Assembly (NCBI GenBank): GCA_009103225.1
Contig: RHPI01000797.1
Span: forward strand, 185,064 to 249,063
Source of the DNA: Chlorokybus atmophyticus
Lineage: Eukaryota; Plantae; Mesostigma and Chlorokybus algae
Length of the DNA: 64,000 nt
Direction: 5' to 3'
This document shows positions 1 to 12,192 of this stretch, in pieces. The notes under the pieces are model-generated. The model was not told the origin of the DNA, made no database searches, and was given only the letters and a program-made list of their open reading frames with translations. Position numbers and translations under genes: made by a program. The stretch's first letter is position 1; every line of letters starts with the position of its first letter.

Positions 1-852
1 CCATTTGCACAAGGGCTGCAAGTTTGTCGCGTGCGGCCTTCACGCTCTCAACGGGAACAAATTGATGCCTGACCTCCAGTGCCAACTCTTCCATGGTGGT
101 CAATGGTAGCGCCAACCCGTTTGCAACACGCGTACATCGATGCCTCCACCACACAAGTGCTGCACCTTCAAGCAATGTCGCTGCAACCTCCACGTGCAGA
201 TGCATGGGCACCTCCGTGAGCTTCAACCAAGACGATACTTGAAAAATCCATTCATCCACTGCATCTCCATCACGTTGACCCCTAAATGGCTTGGGCTTTG
301 GCACCTTCACATGCACTCGCGAGCTTGATGCCATGGGAATTTGTACACGCGCCATCGCATGCTCATACGCCTCGCGTTGTGCTTGTGCCGCCGCTTGAGT
401 GTGATGAAGCTCTTCCCTCAGTGCCAAGATGGCAGCTTGAAGCTCTTCCATGCGAGCATCCTCCATCTCCACTAACACACTACACTCCGCTTCCGAATGA
501 AAAGTGTAAACGCCCACACACTTCCTCTCTCACCTTCGTAAACCGTGCTCCGATACCAGTTGTGACGGTGCTCGTGCCTTGTCACCTGTGAGTTGGTCCA
601 ATCCACAACCCTCTCACCAAGACACGGTATTCACACCGGAACCTTGCCCCCTCTGCCAAGCACACACGCGCGCCCCGCCACTCGCGTACGCACGCGCATG
701 CGCTCGAAGCTACACACCGACTTGTGTAGCGCCTTGGATCGTCACACAAGCAAGCACACACCGGTGGCCACACGCTAGCAACCCCTGCTAACCACCACCA
801 AGCTTGCACACAAGAAACTAGGGAGCTAAAGGTTGTATCGCAAATTGTAGAA
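1..852 (-). mobile_element. Ty3/gypsy LTR retrotransposon, 5' part (gag), running off the left edge of the window
   Basis: Minus strand translates KPFRGQRDGDAVDEWIFQVSSWLKL...LEGAALMWWRH...EELALEVRHQFVPVESVKAARDKLAALVQM, a Retrotrans_gag-like capsid segment. Confidence 0.8.
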
Positions 853-1232
853 TGTCACTTTTATACCTACCAGTCTGCACATGCTACTGTCTAGACGATT
901 CTAGCGCTAGACGGAACTAGAAGCTAAGATATTTTTGCAGAATCTTGTAGTACACTTCTAGACCTTTCCAACGCACCAAAGATCTCCTGATTTGCTGCTC
1001 ATATGGTCAAGTTATACTACTTGGCGCCAGGCCCTTCCAGAAATCTGGTCGAGCCCTTCTCGACTGGCCCTCCGTTTTCTGGCACCTTCCGGACTGGTCT
1101 TGGGGCCCCGGTCGATATCCGCGGCAGACTCATAACTCGCCGATATCCGCCACAAGTCATTAAAAACATGTACCTTACAAATAAGGCCTAAAACGGCCAT
1201 GAAAATCACAGAATTTGGCCTTGACTGTTACA
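853..1232 (-). repeat. Probable 5' LTR (~380 bp) of the left gypsy element, inserted into the CACTA transposase coding sequence
   Basis: Bounded by TGTCAC...GTTACA, the same termini as the chromovirus LTR at 34962-35488. CACTA coding sequence resumes right after 1232. The partner LTR lies outside the window and no clear PBS was seen. Confidence 0.6.
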
Positions 1233-4200
1233 GGCTATCTCACCTAAATGCTTTGTGAAAGACTGCAGTTTCGAGCCGAAAGTGCTTGAAACCCTCACGC
1301 CGGAGAGCAATTGCTCAACCAGTCCTACATCTGTGATTGTCCGTGGAGCCTGGGGTTTTACCTTGACTGCGACTTCCTTTCCATCCTTCATCTTCATCTC
1401 TGTCTGCAGCACATAGGTTCAAGTCCTTAGTTAAATCCAACTCTGGCACATGTCAACGAGGCCGACTACATACGTATCTCTAGCCAGAGTTCAGGCATGC
1501 GGACTTGCTGCTGCTGATCTTCTCGTGATTCGATGCTGTCGCGCAAGCCAGCTAGGAGATTTGCAAAGTTGGTTGCCAGGTTGGCAAAAATGTGCTATAG
1601 GGCCAACCACATGACCTTTGACAGATATTTGTAACGGTAGCCAATATGGAAGGTCGTGAAAACAGCTCAGTCCAAGGATGCCGGAGGTCTTTGAAGGATG
1701 TCTCTTTGAGTGCAGTGGACGCTTGCTGTTGCGAGATGTTATAGCATACCTGATCACATGGCATCCATTGCTGACATACCTATGTTCTGCAACCGAATGC
1801 GCAATCAACTGAGATTGCTCACCTGTACACGCTCTCTGCAGTCCGCATGGGTGGTGGAGGTCTGTGTTCTGGTTGCGGCCAACGCTCATCAACTCTGTAA
1901 GGATGGTCATCCGGTAGGTACCGGCGGTGGCCTTGATAGATCACCTTTTTGAGAAGTTCCACATGTTCTCCACTGCACTCGCACTTTGAACAGCCAAAGA
2001 TGGCTCCATGCGCCATCTGCAAGGCAGCTTTTGCCAGAGCTGCGCAACCAACATGATGTACTTCAGTAGCCACAACCATGGTTGCAAGGACAGTCTGATA
2101 TACCGATACAGTCAGACACTGATATTAGTAAGTGCAAACACTGCTGCTGCTTGCATAACTGGGTAATCATTGATTACAATCTCCAGAATAGATCTGCAAC
2201 GGAAAACTGCGTCGCGGTGGCTGTCATATATGTCTATACCTACAACAAATGCCAGCAGATTACATGCCTCAGTCATGCGCATTTGTCAAGCATGATTGCA
2301 GTAATGGGAAGCTGCTTATCCTAGCTGCGTTGAAACCATACCTTCCCAAAGATCTCCCAACTGGTCAATAATTGGCTTGAGATAAGCCTGTAGATTCTCT
2401 GGCTGTTTAGGTCCAGGGATTACAGCAGCTAGAAATGTAGTGTCTGTCTTGTGCATCTTGGCAATGGGCAGGTTCAACACCGAGATTGTGACAACCCAAA
2501 ACTCATAGTTCCCTGCAACTCAACAAACCCTTTGCTGCCATTCGTACAGTTACACTGCAACGAGCATACATGAAGAAAAATGCTCTTTTATACCTTTGTG
2601 CGGATCTTTGAACGGGCTCATCCCGTCGATGAACATCGCTAGGCGCACATTGCGTGGTTCTTTGGCAAACCGGCTGTAGCGTTGTTCAGTGTCCTTGAAC
2701 ATTGGCGAGTTTCACAGCAGCAAGTACACCAAGGGCTTACGACCAACTGCCCCAGCCCCACAACACATTCAAACATGCATACAATCGCAAGGCTGGATAC
2801 TGACGTCTTACATACCGCCCCAGCACCTCGCCGACACACAAACAAACATAGGCAAGGACACCGAGGTCTTACATGCCGCCTCAGCGCCACGCCGACACAC
2901 AAACAAACACAGGCAAGGACACCGAGGTCTTACATGCCGCCTCAGCGCCACGCACACAAAAGCACAAGGCACGGACACTCAGGGCTTGCATTGGGCTGCC
3001 CCAGCCGCTCACCAACACAATCATGCACACAGTCGTGCCTCATTTACCACTGAACTTGGCAATGTTACCGTGTATAGATCGCATAATCCCATCCTGACTT
3101 CGATTTGTGTGCGCCATCATCTCCGCAGCAACACTAGGTTTTAGGTACAGAGCCCTCAGCGCAGCAGGCACGTCAAAGTAACGCCCAATCTTCCATGCAA
3201 CTTGTCTACCTCCTATGTTGCGGTAGCGAGGGGCCTTGCAGACTGCATAAGCAAGTCGTATGCTGATGGGACATGCTAATCAAATCCCATTGTAGTGAAC
3301 ATTTGCAACAATTGCTCACCTTTGCAAAGTATCCTGTTGGCATGTCGGCCACAATACAACATGTGATCACAGCGACAGGCATCATATGTGTGGAAGCCCA
3401 TGTTGAGGCCTTCAAGGCGTTTCAATAGCTCGTGCATGCTGCCTGGCATCTTATTCTCCTTAGGCAAGAGGATGCCACGCAACAACCTGGCACACAGAAA
3501 CACATCAGTTCTGAGCAGGCTGATGTTTCAGCAGTCAGCAGTGTAATTTGCCCACCAACCTGAGCAGTTTATTCATGAAATTGAAGGGTATTCGATGTAG
3601 CTGCGCCAAAACCAATAGCAGCATGGAAATGCCTAGAGGGGTTGTACGAGAGCCGGAAACAACAGGGTTGCTTGCATTATCCAGCAACGCAGCATTCACC
3701 TTGTCAAGTAGCCTACTTGACATGGCATCATCAACGCATTTAGCCTCGTCCGGCTGCGATTCCACATCGGTGTCATACTCTTGGTCTTCGCCGGCAACAT
3801 CACCTTGCTCCGCATCACCTTGCTCCGCATCGACTTGCTCAGCAGTGGAGGTGCAGTGCACTGGCGTCTCAGGCTCTACTTGTCCATTGGTGGATTTGGT
3901 TTCGGCACCTTGATGCTCTTGCAATGTAGCATTCTCAATTCCACAAAATGCTGGGTGAGATCTGCGTTGTTCTCCATAAGCACATTGTCCTTCATGAGCA
4001 CACGGATTACAACCTGCCAGCTGCAATGAGTCTAGTGGCACATGAACAATGAGAGGCACAGCATCAGCAATGTCAACATGCCACGCAAGTCAGGTCGTAC
4101 CTGTTGGTTGCAAGTTCGCTGCAACATTGAAAGGAGATTCAACAATCGGTTGCAACGGCGTGCCTGTGTCAACATGTTCAGTAGCGTCGTTCCCAACTAG

Positions 4201-4564
4201 CAATTGTTCGGTGTCATGGAGAGCTTCACCTGGGGCAAGCCAGATCAATGATCAGACAGCCTGTTGTATAGATTCACAGCTGTAGAGAAGTTGCTCTTGT
4301 ACCTGACGACATGTGTAAGGATGCAGCAGCAACAGCAGCATCAGCTTCTTCAAGTTCATGGGGTTGTAGTCGATCACGGTATTCAGGAGCAACAGCTTCT
4401 GGAGTGCCACACCACATGTTTTTGCCAAAGTTTTCATGATATTCAGCCCTTCTAATGTGGTTGTGTGTGAACACTTTGCTCCCTTCGCAGTCGCGGCAAA
4501 AACACCTGCGAAAGTAGCTCATGCTACAAACATCAAAAGCAGTCAGCCAACATACTGCAAGCAA
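1233..4564 (-). pseudogene. CACTA/En-Spm transposase (Tnp2/Transposase_21-like), multi-exon, degraded and interrupted by gypsy
   Basis: Exons read YDACRCDHMLY (3276-3503), KIGRYFDVPAALRALY...DGIMRSIH (~3070-3200), FAKEPRNVRLAMFIDGMSPF (~2595-2675), VLNLP...VIPGPKQPENLQAYLKPIIDQLGDLWEG (~2340-2510), GCSKC...YQGHRRYLPDDHPYR...EHRPPP (1819-2079) and LLSGVRVSSTFGSK (1233-1412). A CxC-type N-terminus RRCFCRDC sits at ~4500. Confidence 0.9.
2800..2960. repeat. 61-bp tandem repeat (~2.5 copies) in a transposase intron
   Basis: cttacat(a/g)ccgcc...ccgacacacaaacaaaca(t/c)aggcaaggacaccgaggt recurs at 2807, 2868 and 2929. Confidence 0.9.
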
Positions 4565-4811
4565 CTTCTAATCAGCTTCCATACAGCCAAGCAAAGATTT
4601 GCAGGCACGCTACCGCCGCTGACACCGCCGCCGTCGCCACCGTCATGACTGCCTACCGTAAATTAAGGGTTTAGGACACATCCAATCCCGATTCAAAACA
4701 AGCCAGAAAGTCATTCCGGATATGCTCCACAATTTGCGTACATGCTCCTTTTCTTCTTCCGTCCAGTGCATTAGCTTCTAGGGTTTGTGTGCCAGATAGC
4801 GTGGCGCCAGC

Positions 4812-6682
4812 ATGCGCGGCGTCAAAGTTTGTAGCTTCCGCAAAGCATACTTGGTTAGGAATGGCAACAACAGACGTCTGCAACAGCATGAAGAGAAGTG
4901 CAAGCTGTACAGTGAGCAGTATGGCTTTTATGAAGCCTGCTGGCACCACAAGGCAAGGGGGGACAATGTGAGGCAATGCAGACTGCTGGCACAATGCATG
5001 AGGCCAGATTTCTTTTGGGAGGAGTGCACTTGCCTGCAGTGCTCGCTTTCCAAGTTTGAGTGGGACGGCAAGCCCATGAATCACCTGCCTTGGGCACGGC
5101 CTGTAGCATATCACGATGGGCAGATGTGCAATGTGGTTCGACGTCAGCTCGTGCGCAACGGTCGCGGCAAGTCCACTGTAATCGAAGACGATGTCAACAA
5201 CAGGGTGAGTTGAACTGTCCTTGCAAACAGCAAAACAGCGCTTGCATGCATGACCAACTTACTCTTGAATGCCAAAGGGGAACGCGGTTGTCGACGATGT
5301 CGCGACACTGGCTGCTTGGCGGTTGTTGAGTTGAACTGTCCTTGCAAACAGCAAAACAGCGCTTGCATGCATGACCAACTTACTCTTGAATGCCAAAGGG
5401 GAACGCGGTTGTCGACGATGTCGCGACACTGGCTGCTTGGCGGTTGTCGAGTTGAACTGTCCTTGCAAACAGCAAAACAGCGCTTGCATGCATGACCAAC
5501 TTACTCTTGAATGCCAAAGGGGAACGCGGTTGTCGACGATGTCGCGACACTGGCTGCTTGGCGGAAGGAGATTGTTGATGAGGGGCAGTCTTTGGTAGCA
5601 TGCCGCGTTGTGGTGTACTGGCCAGGAATGAGCTCCTGGTATGCAGGCCACATCATCACTTTTGATGCCAACACAGATATACTGCAGAGTATTTACATGC
5701 GCACGCTCATGCAAGCACCGGCTCAGGAAAACATGTGGCTCAGGAAAACATACCATCAAGTACGACGATTTCGTTGAGGACCCACGGCTGCACCACATCT
5801 TGATAAAGAACTGGAACATGGCAGCTGTGCGTGAGGGTTACGACGTAATGGTTCGTGTTGGTGGTCAAAGCTGTCTGAAACTGCAAGACTTGCCTGGTCG
5901 AGAGCTCGATAGATGGCCCAAGCCCCCACCCCTTCTGATCACACGCACACCAATAGACTTAAACGGAAGACGTTGCAGGCCGCGCGCACTGGATCTCTTT
6001 TGCGGCGCTGGTGGTGTAGCCATGGGTCTGTACAGGGCAGGGTTTGATGTTGAGGGCATCGACAACAAGCCACAACCGTCATACCCATTCAAGTTCTGCC
6101 AGATGGATGCAATGGACGCTGACCCGACAGCATACGCTGCGGTGTGGGCAAGTCCTCCATGTCAAGCTCTAAGTGGGGCCATTCCCACTACACAGCGCTC
6201 CGCGTACGGCAATCGATGGGAGCACGTTAACCTGATTGACCCCATAAGAGCCAAGTTGCAGTTGAGCGGCAAGCCATGGGTGATAGAGAATGTCGCAGGC
6301 GCATCAGGACACATGACAACTCACCTGAAGCTGTGTGGCACCATGTTCAAGTTGGATGTGTATCGTCATCGCATCTTCGAGACAAACCCTCCACTGCACT
6401 CAGACTTGAAATGCAACCACACTGGTTCAGCACTTGGAGAGCTGGCCACCCACCTGGAGCAGCGCCGGCAGTTGCTACCTGGGGAGAGGCAAATTTACCC
6501 GGTGGTACGGCCAAGCATCCTGCCGTGGCGCGATTGCAGGGTGGCAGTCTGCCATGCAGGTGGAGTGGATGGATGTGGAATCGGAAGTCAAGAATGCCAT
6601 TCCACCAACTTACTCTGAACATGTAGGCAGGCTGTTGCTGGAAGCAATAGGCTTCACTGTTGATTACCCTCCTTTTTACTGA
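4812..6682 (+). pseudogene. Cys-rich exon + Tudor-like domain + C5 cytosine DNA methyltransferase (phage/bacterial type); one frameshift at ~6503
   Basis: Motif I DLFCGAGG, IV SPPCQ, VI ENV and VIII RHRIF lie in ORF 5641-6618; motif X NAIPP lies in ORF 6434-6682. Tudor-like LVACRVVVYWPGMSSWYAGHIITFDANT/GKHTIKYDD spans 5585-5770. The upstream exon 4812-5204 ends at a gtgagt donor. Confidence 0.85.
5207..5563 (+). repeat. 121-bp tandem triplication spanning an intron and the start of the next MTase-gene exon
   Basis: Near-identical units start at 5207, 5328 and 5449 (gagttgaactgtccttgcaaacagc...gccaaag|gggaacgcgg...gcttggcgg). Confidence 0.95.
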
Positions 6683-6868
6683 AAGGTAGAGGTAGCTCTT
6701 GATTGCTAGCCACTTTGTTAGCCTGAACTAAAGCCAACAACAGAATGAGCGACCCATTAAAGTCAGCAAGAGGTCTTAATCATGAGGATGCCTCTGTTTG
6801 CCAGCACGGGAAAGACTGACCTGCTGGGCAGGGTCTCTTCCAGAGCACCTTCATGCCCTGTTGCGCCG

Positions 6869-7078
6869 TCCGCCCACCCGAGACTAGACCTCCTGCGGGT
6901 TCATTGCGAACGCAGGGTATGGTCCAACCAAAGCTGACTCGCGAAAGTCATGAACCAGAGGCTCTGAGCATGTGCACAAAGTCTACAGTACGTGACTTGC
7001 GCGAGACGGCTCTGCAGGACCACATCCTGCGTTCGCAGTAAACCCGCAGGAGGTTTTGTGTCAGGTGGGTGGGCGGAG
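6869..7078. repeat. Imperfect inverted repeat (~60-bp arms)
   Basis: ccgcccaccc...acctcctgcgggttcattgcgaacgcagg...tggtcc (6869-6926) matches the reverse complement of 7015-7078. Confidence 0.8.
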
Positions 7079-7877
7079 AAGGAGAACTTCTAGGTTGCTG
7101 TGCGCATGCCTTTGGTTGCGTGCAATCTTTGGACACATGCCCGGTTTCAGCACGTCACCAATTTGAGGGTGCGTGGATTCAACACGAATAACCACATTAC
7201 ATCCACACCACCCATGGATTCAATGCGGAGCGATATGCAATTCATAACAACGCAATATATATTTCATACAAAATCAATATAAATAAGTGTCAAGTAATGC
7301 TGAAACTTGCATTGCATATTGATTACATATCACATTCACATAGCATCAAATACCTACAGCATGTGTAGAATTGATATTGATCACTGTTGCTTGACACGTG
7401 CCTTGCAGTATCCGCATTGACTTGTTAAGCAATCAATGCCAATCAATGTGGTCAACTTCATTTGTTATAAGGCAACTTCTACAATTGATGACATTCGCAT
7501 TAACATCAATAATCGTAATGTTATATAAATTCTATTAGATTATGACTGGCGTTGTGCGCTGCGGGTGGTGGCCTGATCTGATCCGGAGGAGGCTACTGTA
7601 GCACTTAAACGGCATTGCCAACTAAGGCATCATGAATGTTGGTTTGAGCAATAATTTGTGCAGTGGTCACTGCCGACCTCAGGCTGTAATTACATTCAAT
7701 AATAGGCCCGTGAAGTTACATATTGGTACTCAACTAGTACATGGTTAGCATGGTAAATGACAGAGGAAGAATTGCTTGTATACAGAGGAAGCCGTCAAGC
7801 TTGTCATGTGTTTGCAAGCAATATGCTAGCAGCAAACCAAATAAAGGAATATCACTACCTTGCTCTAGCCATTGAAT

Positions 7878-10800
7878 TTAATGGCGGAAGTTGTTCACAA
7901 ACCACAATTCCTTGGAAGTGTCTGAGTAATCGCGCACCATGTGCACCTTCCTTAGAATGTTTTCCAACCCAACCACATCAAACCATGGTTGCCCAGCTCG
8001 CTCCGCCCATGTGTAGCGGCGCTGGCCGAGCAACGGTACTTGAGGGCCATATTCCTTGTACCATCTGATTAAAGCGCAAGCATGTTCCGTTTGCTGCACA
8101 TCCTTCATCAGGAACAAGAATCGCACTTGCCCAACCCATTCGACCACACGACTGTCAGTAACACCGCTGACAGCAACATCGTCAAAGTGGTCATAGCCAT
8201 AGAAGTCAGGGTTGGCTCGCAATAGCTTTGAATTGCTATTGCCTCTGCTTGCAGCTGCAGCTTGTGGAGAGAGAGTGATACTGCGCACAACATCAACCTG
8301 CATACATGCAATAATGTAATCAAATGCAAAACCCACGTGTAACGATTACTTGTGATGCATACGGTGAAGTAAAGGGGCAACCATACACCCTAACGTGTCT
8401 GTAGAACAGCTGCACAATCATGCATGTGACCAGATGTTCTGACCTTATCCCAATGTATTGCAGGCAAGTTAACCCAGAGCACGGCATCCCCGCGCTCTCC
8501 ACGACCTTCATAATCCAGTAGGTATCGCCGCGCAGCTAGGTGTAGATGTTTCAACTCTGGCTGCTCTTCCAAACACTTGATTGCATACACGGAAGTTGGT
8601 TGCTCCGTTCGCATGCCTGCCAGAAACAACGCCGTGCGCCGAGACGGCAAGCGGTGATCGCCGAGGTTTGTCACCTGTATAAAGTGTGGCAATCAAGCAA
8701 TGTAAACAATCAGTTGAGAGGTCACTTCTAACACTTGTATCACGGTGATGGAGCCATGCATTGACCTTGTGCAATAACTACGATTGTGTGGCAGCTGCAC
8801 ATACCTGACCGAGGTGTAAGTCCTTCCTACTCTTTCTTCTCCTTTTTGCAGGTATTGACGTGTTTATTGCTTTCGCGGCGCGCTTCCACGCATTGTGGAT
8901 GTGAGCTGTCTTTTGCTAAGAGCCCTTCGTACAGCGACGCGCCTCACCATCTGTTCAAGGCACAGTCAGGCAGGCAAGTAAGTGCATATATTGTAAGCGC
9001 CAAGTGTAGCTAGTCACCTGTGCAGCAACTGACTGAGCGTGCTTGTTGGTAGCACTGTATGGTTTATGAGAAACATTCTTATGGTCCTCTTCCCAAGTTT
9101 GTGCATCATATTCATCCAAGCCTCCCAATCGTCGAATGCATGCGTCGTAGTGCATTAGGCTATGGTATTTGACTGTCTTCCAGTCAGATGATTGGTAGTC
9201 CTTGAACGTTTTGTGCGCCATAGCATGGAATCTGCACAACAAGATTGGCGTACTAAGAGTGGCAAGAAGTGCTAAATGTGTGTGTAGATCACAATGCAGT
9301 GCTGCACTACCAAAGCAATGTGTTGCATGCGCTCACGTTCATATGCACGCGACGCAGCATTCGCACTCAGATTAAACACATTACATACATTGATGCAGAC
9401 AACATGATGTTTTGGCAGGCAAGCGGAGCGCGCACGCGCACGCATAGGAAGGCAACGCTCTTACACACACATGAACGCCGGCTAAGAAAAGGAGCATGCA
9501 CAGTACTTGCATGATACAGGCTTAAAGCTCGTCAACACCCACAAACAGCACCGCTTGGAACAGCAACATCACACACAGCGCGGCAAGGATGCGCGCATGG
9601 TGTTCAAGTTCACTTACTTGTTGATGGCGGCTTTCATGAGGCTCAAGGTTGTGTCTGTGTGAGGGCCAGCATGAGGGCCTTTTCGGTTCGAGATCATGTA
9701 GAGTTCGGAGAATGCCACAAAGATTGCCGTTAATGCATCGTGTTGACGCCCCCCTTGCGTTTCTGTGTACACCAAGTGTGTTGCGTATTGCATCACTTGC
9801 ATTACAGCCACGTGCTCTGCAGCAGTGACTGGCACTTCAGTTGTAAGATAGCCAGTAGGGATGCGGAGAGCGGCGCATCTCATATCATCCAAGCGCCCTT
9901 CAATGGTACGAATAAGATCTCCTGCAGCGAGCTCACCAACTGCATGTGGGCAAAGAATGGTGAGTAAGGCCATGTGCCCTACATGTGTGAAAGTGACGGA
10001 TGCAAGGTGAAGTGCGCACCTTTATCCTTCAGGTAGGCAATTGTAAGAGATGTTAATTGTTTAAACAGGCCAAGGACTGCCTGATGCATGCGTTCAACAG
10101 TTACCGCTTGATATGGACTGCCAGCAAGAGTGTCGCCAAATGGCATTCCCCACAATGAGCACTGCAAGTAAGTTAGTGTTGGGTGCAGCTTGGGACGCGA
10201 GGCACGGCCATTATTGGTTAGTCACCTTCACAATCTGACTATACGATACTGAGTACAGCTGGTTGAAAGCTTCTTCCATGGTGCCACCATCACGTAGAAC
10301 CTTCGTAGCAGAGTGATACGCTTCTTTCATCGCTGCAACCTTGCGCTTTGGCCATGGGTCATGAATGATGTTGTTTAGCTCATCACCAGGACACATGCAC
10401 CAGTGGCAAGGACTCATGGCTTTGTTGCTATCCTTGTGCAGTAGCAACTTGCAGCCTTCTGGCCAATCAGTGATCCAAGCCGCCAATACTGGAAATACAA
10501 GGTTGTCTTCATTCTTGGCGTTGACAATCACCTCACCACTGTCACATATTGCAGAATAAGTACACGTGCGCATGTGTACTGTCATAAGTGCTGGTTGATG
10601 ACAACAGAGAAAGCTTGCAGACCTTGCCATTAGCTTCAATGGTCTTAACAGAACTTCCACACATCTATGTAAAGCATCCATCTTAGCCCATTTGTATTGA
10701 GCTGAGCTTTTGGTAAAGCCTTTTTCTGGCAAAGCGCGTAGGGAAGGAAAGTACCCAACCAACCACTTTGCACCACGAGACCTAACATGTAAAGGCAAGA

Positions 10801-11830
10801 AGCATGATGTCTCAGTCGCAGCATGCATGCTACAACACGCACGTATCTGAACATACCTGTCGCGCTTCGGTATGTTAAACAAGCTCATAGATACAGGCCA
10901 GCACGAGGTGCCCTTTTCATTGACAGGGGTGCCATCACTGTAAAAGATTAACATGGCCATCACCGCACCACTCGGTACCATGTCCTATCAAATAGTGAGC
11001 ATCATTATAATGCAATTATGTATCAGCCTGACAGCGAGACTGCGTGTGCTACTTTAGGCAAGCTTACTTGCAGTTGGTTCCATAAGTTGGAGGTGTGAGG
11101 ATGGGAGTATATGCGTCCTTCAGCTCCTATTGCAATGTGCGGTGTTGTGATGAAGTCAGTCGGTGTACCGCTCATCAGACCAGATTTCGCGAAGAACTTC
11201 AGCGGTGTCGCGGTGAGTAAAAACAACCTCTTGTCGATATTCTGACCTAGTCAAGTTGGTTCGTAACCAGCCCTATGCACAACAACACAACCACTCAGAC
11301 AACGCTTGCACGAAGGCATGGTTGCACTAACAACATGGTTTCAACGGTGCTGCATCAAAGTGCACGTTGAGTGCATGGTTGCATCGCACCTCTTCAACAT
11401 GCGCAGCTGCAAACTCCTTGATCTGTTGCAGTGAGCGCACGAGTAGATGCTCCACCTTGAAGTTGGGATGGAACAAGATGGATAGTAATTGGATGCCGTC
11501 AGCATCGGATTGTCCCCGTCCTCCGCGCGACTCAATGTACCAGCTCACAAACTCTGAGGTTACGGCAAACGGTCCCAACTCGTCGTCAACTTGTGCTTGT
11601 ACTTGTTCAACGGATTGCCTTTCTCTCACACGAGTCAGCTCTGCTTGCAAGCGTGCAAAAGACCAGACCGGACGTGGTACTTGCAAGTCGATAAGATTGT
11701 GTGAGTCTTCTACCTCAATGTCATTGCTGGCATGCGGCAAATCATCAAGCAGGTCAGGTAGTAGATGACTTGTGCGGTGACGGGATGGCTGATGTGCAAG
11801 GTGTCCAGGTTGTGAAGTACTGCCTTTCAC
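7878..11830 (-). CDS. Plavaka-family transposase, multi-exon (integrity not fully resolved)
   Basis: Exons read EGRIYSHPHTSNLWNQLQ, LIFYSDGTPVNEKGTSCWPVSMSLFNIPK, LAAWITDWPEGCKL...PCHWCMCP, KTVKYHSLMHYDACIRRLGGLDEYDAQTWEEDHK, and a C-terminal WVGQVRFLF...ALIRWY...NNFRH*. Confidence 0.8.
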
Positions 11831-12153
11831 AGCTCATCGTTTGCTAAGGTAGACATTTTGGGTATCCACCGATTTGGATGCAGAGCATGCCTTGTTTTTG
11901 TGACGGTGTGAACTCCTGGCTAAGTTCGAGTCAAAGCTTCTCCCACATTCGCATGTGTAGATCTTAAATGGGAGCATTCTGCTGGCCACAATGTGGGGTG
12001 TTAACGTTTACCATCAACTACACTGTCTATGTGGCACATAGACGCAGGCAGGCAGGCGCGCACATGTGCACGCGCACACACATATATGCATGCAATCAAT
12101 GTTCTATAGAAAATGCAAGCGTGCATTCACTGAAGCATGCACAAATGTATGTG

Positions 12154-12190
<37 letters not shown>
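12154..12190. repeat. (CA)n microsatellite
   Basis: Direct read of the cacacaca run. Confidence 0.95.

Positions 12191-12192
<2 letters not shown>

Noticed and set aside
5207-5563. CRISPR array or satellite
   Set aside because: The units are full-length duplicates without unique spacers, there are no cas genes, and the context is eukaryotic.
5641-6682. Bacterial or phage contamination as the source of the MTase
   Set aside because: It is joined to spliced upstream exons, flanked by intron-containing eukaryotic TE genes, and has the same composition as its neighbours. Read-level confirmation is still needed.
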